A DNA stretch of 61,497 nt, counting the filler, from Globobulimina sp. (taxonomy: Eukaryota), in NCBI GenBank assembly GCA_003354225.1. It is 22 parts of 22 records of this genome, joined end to end, with 100 filler letters (N's around TTAATTAATTAA, not from the genome) between each part and the next. Parts side by side here need not be neighbours in the genome. Positions count along the whole stretch, not along the records: positions 53,207 to 55,903 come from PIVH01005300.1; positions 56,004 to 58,700 come from PIVH01005301.1; positions 58,801 to 61,497 come from PIVH01005302.1; 19 more parts are not named here. The stretch is one strand, 5' to 3'. Below, one piece after another: positions 54,526-61,497 of this stretch (positions within the stretch are counted from its first letter, which is position 1; each line of letters opens with the position of its first letter). Below the pieces are notes generated by a model that saw nothing but the letters and a program-made list of their open reading frames with translations, did no database searches and was not told the DNA's origin. A program made the translations under genes and the position numbers.

Positions 54526-55694
54526 TTAATTTTCTCGCAATGGCGATATCTCCAAATTATCATTGGTTAAAATACAGCAACAACGAAATATAACATCCAA
54601 TTTATCCAATCGCCATCCAAAATCGTTTAAAATTGGAAATAAAGCATGCAATCTTCCATAATAATTCTCAACAATAACACGCGCGCCAGAATGATTATAA
54701 TTAAATACGCGTTCAGCTGCTGTCAATTTCAATGCTGTTCGCTCACAAAACCGCGTAATATACGGTATCCCTTTAGTAATCAAAATAAATTCAGTTTGAA
54801 ACTGAGTTGAATTTCTTATTGGTATAGTTTCAAAATCAGTTTGAAACTCGTAAATAATTCAGTTTCAAACTGAAAATTCCATTTAATTCACCTTCAAATC
54901 TCCATATTCCATCACACATAACCCAGTGACCTGCGGTTATACCAACATATAAATTGATATTTATTCCAAAATCACTCCGCCGCAATAATTCGATGTCATT
55001 AATACGTCCGGCTTCTCCGCCATGGCAATGATATAAACGCCCAAATCCCGAATGAACTGTCAAATAATTTACAGTATGTTTCTTTTTTCGCCCATTATAG
55101 TATTCGCGTTGCTGCCGTGGCGGTTTTTGAATAACAATCTGTGTGAATTTGTATACAAAGTAACAGTTTCAAACTGAAATACAATGATAGATTCAGTTTG
55201 AAACTGAAAAAATACTCAAATCAAAAAATATAATTCAGTTTGAAACTGAAATAAAATCATACATTATTTCCATCCATCATCCATACAGCACCATCAAATT
55301 TGTCTGCAAATACGGCACATCCAACTAATGCGTCATATGCAGCAGACCCCACCAAATGTAATGATAATTCCACACCGCGCAACTTTAAAAATATCGATAA
55401 TAATAAATAAGAGTCCATGTAAATCATTGATTTACATAAACCCCATGTAATTTCCATCATTTTCACATTAAAATGCCGCAAAACTATAAATGCCATCAAA
55501 CATCTATATGGCCTTCCATTGTCTGACTCCCTTAATCTTCCGCCTAATATCCATTCATTAATACTCTCGCGCGTATAACGTAATATTGGCGCAATAACAT
55601 CCAAAAATTTAATCCGTATGATATTGTATTTAAATCCAAATAATCCAATGAATTGCGTTTCGTTACAGTAGTGTTCCCGATAAGAGGTACGCAT
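54526..55694 (-). mobile_element. PIF/Harbinger-type (DDE_Tnp_4, HARBI1-like) transposase gene with two spliceosomal introns
   Basis: Removing GT-AG introns 55139-55262 and 54771-54891 gives WMMDGNN|IVIQKPPRQQREYYNGRKKKH...GRIND...MCDGIWRFEG|IPYITRF...FNYNHSGARVIVENYYGRL...CCILTN, with a complete D-D-E triad. Start uncertain; no TIRs seen. Confidence 0.85.
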
Positions 55695-56004
55695 ATTAGT
55701 ACTAATATATATATTAGTTTTACTAATATATTTATATTCTGGAGCACATGTCACGCATTTGCTGCAGCTTTTGATTGACTTTCTATCTTTCCAAACAACG
55801 TCAACATAAATTCCCTCTGACCCTTTACCCAAACCTAATTTTGTTTCAAGACTTGCAGTTAATACACATTTGGCTCCTCGTACGAAATATTTTACTAACT
55901 GATNNNNNNNNNNNNNNNNNNNNNNNNNNNNNNNNNNNNNNNNNNNNTTAATTAATTAANNNNNNNNNNNNNNNNNNNNNNNNNNNNNNNNNNNNNNNNN
56001 NNNA

Positions 56005-58700
56005 CTGGAAAAGGAACGGTTTAAACAGGAAAAGGCAGAGAAACAACGCATTGAAAAAGAAAAAGCAGAAAGAGAGAGACAGCAAAAAGAAAAGGAGGAG
56101 CAGGAAGAAAGGGAGCGGATTGAAAGAGAAAGAGAAGAAAAATGGGAGCGGGACGAAGCTGAAAGGAAGGCAAAGGAAGAAGATGTACGTATTAATTATA
56201 TATTTTCTATATTGAAAACTGTGCAAATAAATATCTCAAAGGCAAATAGAGAGAACGAGAGGAACGCGGAGGAACAGCATATGGCAAAATTATTGCTCGA
56301 GGCCAGCAATTCCATCAAAGCTATGCAGCCCAAACACTTTGCGTATTTGGAATTGGATGATTTGCAATCATTTGATGTGGATAACCCGTGGCAACAATTA
56401 AGTTTTTCACAGACGAATCATGGCCCACATTACAAAAATATATCCGACACACAAATTGTAGGGAAAACATGTGGTCTCACTGAGAATATATGTTTATCGC
56501 AGATATTTGATAGGAGCCATATAAATAAGATCGTGTTTTCCATATATCCGCAGCAGAGAATTGAGGGGAATATCATAGGGATACTTGAATATCCATTGAA
56601 ATATGGATGTGATGATGTTAATAATGTGAATGTCAAATTTGATGAGCAATTATGGGGCGGAATACCATTGGAAATGGGACACTTTTCCAGTGGCTATCAA
56701 GCCATTGGCACGCATGACTTTAATGGAACGAATAAACATTTCCGGATCTGGACGCAAGGCAATAATGCCATGACAGATAACGTTTTTGAGTTTGATTTCG
56801 GATTTAACGATGGCGATAAATTTATTATTCAATTTGATTTGGAAAAGCAAGTTGGAAATATTTATGTCAATGATATCGACGATAAGTATAAGATATGCAC
56901 AACGGACAAACACTACACTTTTGAACAATTGCCAGATAGATTTATATTTGTGTATGGATTTGATGATCGATCGATGGTCATTGGAGATAATGACAATGAT
57001 AATGACAGAGATGAAATAAATGTGACTGTGGATGTCAATTTAATTGAGTTGCAAACACAGGATATAAAGGATGTAAATAAAAGAGATGATCTTAGTGTAA
57101 ATTCAGACGATATTGAGCTGGATGATGATGATGTTAAATATGAAGAGAAAGAGACTGAGAAACCAATAGGGGATGACTTGGATGATTTGGATGATGATGA
57201 TTTTGATGCGATGATGAATGCAGATCCGAATCAACAACCAAATTACACCACATTTAATACCATTGCCGCCTCCAATATGCTGAAATATGAGAATGACAAT
57301 CCATGGACAAATGTATCATTCCATCGGCAACATCACGGGAAAAAATTTAAATTCTTATCCAAGGACAATGACTGTGTAGTTTCAGTCAAACAAAACGATA
57401 AGAATCAACATATTTTATTATCGCAAGTATTTGATTGCAATGTATTGACGAAATGTGTGCTACAATTTGCAATAAACAATGCTTTTTCACATAATATTAT
57501 AGGTTTAGTCGGATATCCATTGCAATATGGCTGTGCTGAACCAAATAGTGACTCTGATGAAGAGAATGAAGATGAACAGGATTATTCCATCAAAGACGTG
57601 GGTATTTATGGCGATATTGCATTGCAAGAAAGCAGATTTCATCAGACATATTATGGTATTGCCACCAATACAGACAATAACAAACAATTTAATATCTGGG
57701 CACCATATCTCGAGCATACTGAGAATAATAACAGCTATGAGATGGAGTTTGAGTTTAATAATAACGATAAACTAATCATGGACATAGATTTAGAAAATAG
57801 AGAGTGTAATATCTATGTCAATGAAATAAATACGCAATATTTGATTAAAACGCATGGTGATGGACCTACATTTAATTCGATACCGCAGCAATTTGTAGTA
57901 TTATACGGATCGCATATCACCGACGGCAACAAAGACAATGCTAACAAGGGACAAATCGAAATAAAATTAAATGAGTTAGAATCGAAAGAATCGCGCAGGA
58001 AAAAACACAAACGAAAGAAAAAGAAAAAACCACGGCGACGAAGCACAGTCAAACGCACCGACGAAATCTCCCAAACTGTTGAAAAAATACTGCAAAGTCA
58101 GCCAATGGAAGAAAAGGAAACATCCAATTGCAAAGCCCATGAATTGCAGGAATCGCATACTCAAGAAACCCCTGAGCCGCTTGAGGTATTTTATAAACTG
58201 TTTTTATAACAACCACTCTCATTGTAAACTGTTTTTGTTTCCAGGTTGAACCCAACGAACAGCCACAAACTGTACTATCGCCGGAAGAAATTGGTGATGC
58301 CATCAATGAGGAGCTAAATGCCAACAATTTGGACGTTGAGGCAAAAGAGAAAGGAATGCGCTTATCGCTGACCATCGATATGGTGGAGGACGAAGAGAAT
58401 GGCGACGATAATAAAGGCTCGGACGACGAGTTGTTGTCTCCGACGAGTCCGTACGCCGCCAGTACTTCGGACGAGTCCGGCTCAGAGAGTCCGAGCGCCA
58501 GTCTCAGCGCAAAGAGGCGACGCAAGAAAAAAAGAAGGAAGAAAAAGAAAAGAAAACATCATAAGAACAAGGCATCGCGAAGCAAGTCGTATGAGAACAA
58601 TGACAATTTGGGCTCGCCCTCGGTCTCTGCCAAGGAGAGCAGCGGCGATGACGAGGTTGATGGTAAAAAAAAGAAACGCAAGAAACGCAATAAAAGGAGA
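56005..58700 (+). CDS. Charged coiled-coil protein with two tandem SPRY-like beta domains, partial at both ends
   Basis: Internal duplication (DNPW..(L/V)SF...HG...LSQ(I/V)FD...NIIG...YPL.YGC...DK.I...DLE....NIYVN, twice). Probable introns at 56185-56241 and 58186-58244. Confidence 0.65.
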
Positions 58701-58800
58701 NNNNNNNNNNNNNNNNNNNNNNNNNNNNNNNNNNNNNNNNNNNNTTAATTAATTAANNNNNNNNNNNNNNNNNNNNNNNNNNNNNNNNNNNNNNNNNNNN

Positions 58801-59062
58801 TTGCAAAAGACGCAGATATAATATCATTATTATTATAGATATGTGTTGTGGTGAATGTATCAGTTATAATTATTCGAATGAATGTACCAGCGCTGGAAAA
58901 CGATATTACTGACAATAATATTGGTAACCAATGCATATGGTATTCTGTGACTGTATTGTTAATATCTTTTTGTTTTTCAATCGAGGATATCCCAACGAAT
59001 GTAAAATAATCATCATTTGGACGTGAAGAAAGCTGAGAAAGCGCAATCTCTGTCATGAGCAT
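58801..59062 (-). CDS. Membrane protein N-terminus, possibly a FEX/CrcB fluoride exporter
   Basis: ILLSVISFSSAGTFIRIII resembles the first Fluc helix (G...R). Divergent from GGT and cut by the contig end. Confidence 0.3.
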
Positions 59063-59096
59063 TGGAAATCTCTCAAAAACATTTTAATAAATATCA

Positions 59097-61183
59097 ATGA
59101 CGCCCTTTCGAGCACTCTTATTCGTTATTACATCAACAAATGCATTAATAGATTCAAGTAATTTCCCATCCAATTACACTGCCTTAGACGATGACCGATG
59201 TTGTGTTCATTATCAAAATTACGAACCAAACACTGGTGTTGACACTTGTGGCCATGGAGATCGAGTATCCGGTGCAGCATTCGCCGGCAGATCCCCATCA
59301 GTTGGCGTCAATGGCATGGCAGCAGGCTCCCAGCCCTTAATTGTCCAAACTGCCTTAAATATATTAAAAAAAGGTGGATCCGCAGTGGACGCCATAATCG
59401 CAGCCAATGCCGTACAAGGCTTAGTTGAGCCAATGAGCAATGGCATCGGTGGTGATTTAATGGCAATAATTTACAATCCAACAGATAAGAAACTATATGG
59501 TTACAATGGTTCAGGCAGAAGTTCAAAATCATTCTCATATTCAGAGATGTTGGAAGCTGTAAACACCGAATTCAATTCCAACTATATCCCCGTCAGAGGA
59601 CCATACAGCATCACAGTACCCGGCGCAGTTCAAGGTTGGTGTGATACGCATAGCAAATTTGGCAAATTAGAATGGAATGAATTGTTTGAAGATGCTATCC
59701 AATATGCTACAAATGGCTATGTTGTCACACAAATCATTGGCGCCTATTGGCGTTCCGGGGTCAATGGGTTCAATTCTTCGCATACTAAACAAGAGGTGAC
59801 CACAAATAATAAATATCCAAATGCAATCGACGGCTTCTTGCAGACCTACACTGTGAATGGTGAAGCTCCAAAGTTTGGCCAAGTGTTTAAAAATGCAGCG
59901 TTGGCACACACATATGCGATAATTGCAAATGAAGGCTGCGACGCTTATTATCGTGGCTCATTGACGCCATATATTGTTAGTTATTTACAGTCGGTTGGTT
60001 CACATTTAACCCAACAAGATTTTAATGAACATTCTGGTGAATGGGTAGACTCTGTAAATACAACATACAGAGAGGATTATTTGGTGTCAGAATTGCCTCC
60101 AAACCCTCAAGTTAATTATATATAAGTTTGTTACACTGAAAACCGCTTTTTTCATGATCAGGGAATCGCGACGCTGCAAATGTTGAATATGATGGAATTA
60201 TATCCGTTTGGCACTGGGAGCAATGATTGGCATTTACATTCAGCAGATTATGTGCACGCTAGTGTAGAAATTAAAAAATTAGTATTTGCAGATAGAGCTA
60301 AATATTATGCGGATCCGGATTATGAGGATGTATGTGTTCCAGTCGACACATTGATATCTAAACCATACGCACAGCAAAGAAATAGTTTGGTTGACATGAA
60401 CAAAGCAGCCATGTATTGTGCGCCCGGAGATATAAATTGCACGTTGCCTGTTTCTGAGGAGCCAATTGATAAATATAGCGGAGATACGATATATATGACC
60501 GTAGCAGATGGTGATGGTATGATGGTCAGTTGGATACAATCAAATTTTCATGGTTTTGGTTCTGATTTGGTGTCTGCTGAGTTAGGCTTTGCATTTCAAG
60601 ATCGCGGCGCATTGTTTTCATTGGTGAATGGCAGCGCAAATCAATACCGAGCGGGGAAAAGACCGTTCCATACAATAATACCAGCTTTTATGCATAAAAG
60701 GATTGCGAATGAATGGGTGCCGTATTTGTCTTTTGGTGTAATGGGCGGTAATATTCAGCCGCAAGGACATGTGCAGATTATCAGTAATATTGTGGATTAT
60801 AATTTGAATATTCAGGAAGCGGGAGATGCTGCGCGATGGGTTCATTCTGGATCGCAGCAACCCAGCGGAGAGGCTATGGATGCGAATGGGGGACATGTTG
60901 CGTTAGAAAGTGGTATTTGTTCCACTGTCGCTGCTAATTTAACTTCAAGAGGACATTCTGTTGGGTATGGTGCAAATGGTCGGTATAAACCCGTGAATTT
61001 ATAAAATAGAAACTGTATACGTATCAAAGCACTATTAATTGTATGAGTATGAAGTGGTTAGTTTCTATTTTATAAATTTATTGTTTAGGCGGAGGGTATC
61101 AGGCAATATTAAGAGATCCTGAGTCTGGCGTTTATTTTGGTGCTACGGAAATGAGAAAGGATGGAATAGCATTGGGATATTAA
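59097..61183 (+). CDS. ggt: Gamma-glutamyltranspeptidase, secreted, 3 exons
   Basis: GGSAVDAIIA, EPMSNGIGGD, ITVPGAV, ELPPNPQ|GIA, nucleophile GDTIYMTVAD, KRPFHTIIP, GVMGG..QPQGH and EMRKDG. Introns 60111-60161 and 60979-61088. Confidence 0.93.
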
Positions 61184-61497
61184 TGATCCACCCTTAGTTT
61201 AGAAAGAAAAAATAGTCTTAGTTGCAATGTATATATGATATTAAATTAATATTATAAAAATTATTGATCAGTAGATCTTAATTTTTTTTAATTTGCTATA
61301 TCCGATCAATTTATTGTCGTAATCTGGATTGCGTTCGCGCTTCCCTTCATTTTCACTTGTGGTGATCGGACTTCAACTTTTAGAGTTAATCGCTCAGCAC
61401 AATAAAGTAGATCAATATCATCGTTTTTTTTTAATGTAATTGTTTAGTTTGTGAGGTAGCGCGAGCGCCAACCTACTTTAAGGCATAAATTGCGTCG

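Noticed and set aside
2704-58800. Regularly spaced TTAATTAATTAA palindromes and near-constant ~2.7-kb segments (nanochromosome-like)
   Set aside because: Artificial six-frame-stop linkers in N padding. The uniform size reflects length-sorted contigs, and there are no telomeric repeats.

Overview
This is not a contiguous locus. It is 22 unrelated contigs of 2703-2697 bp, sorted by decreasing length and joined by an artificial 100-bp linker (44 N + TTAATTAATTAA + 44 N), so gene neighbourhood means nothing across linkers. Most contigs are AT-rich eukaryotic DNA with short GT-AG introns (~50-250 bp). The gene repertoire (SPRY, caspase-like, MATH, RNF213-like, Sfi1-like, EFHB-like, PT-repeat surface proteins) fits a flagellate-stage protist; a foraminifer/Rhizarian is my inference, not something I can verify. 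At least two contigs are bacterial-eukaryotic chimeras, as expected from single-cell amplification. Recognisable genes: MSH6, a CLC antiporter, Mu-class GST, PPi-type PFK, GGT, DNase II, an LRR protein, a two-MRH lectin, a Mib/Herc2-domain protein, a dynamin/Mx-like fragment, a disrupted eRF3-like GTPase and an AA11-like LPMO. Mobile elements: two CRE-like RLE non-LTR retrotransposons, an intron-containing Harbinger-type transposase, an internally deleted Tc1/mariner with ~214-bp TIRs, and two MITEs. The most unusual signals are: (1) a 15-bp palindrome TCAGTTT[G/C]AAACTGA arrayed at ~21-bp phase and seen only inside introns of unrelated genes; (2) a membrane-anchored WASP/WAVE-like Pro-WH2-C-A protein; (3) a His-brace AA11-like LPMO with a hevein domain and a GPI-like tail; (4) an intron-bearing gene inserted between ~41-bp direct repeats; (5) a MITE whose termini are GTAAGT splice donors and which carries a tRNA 5' half.
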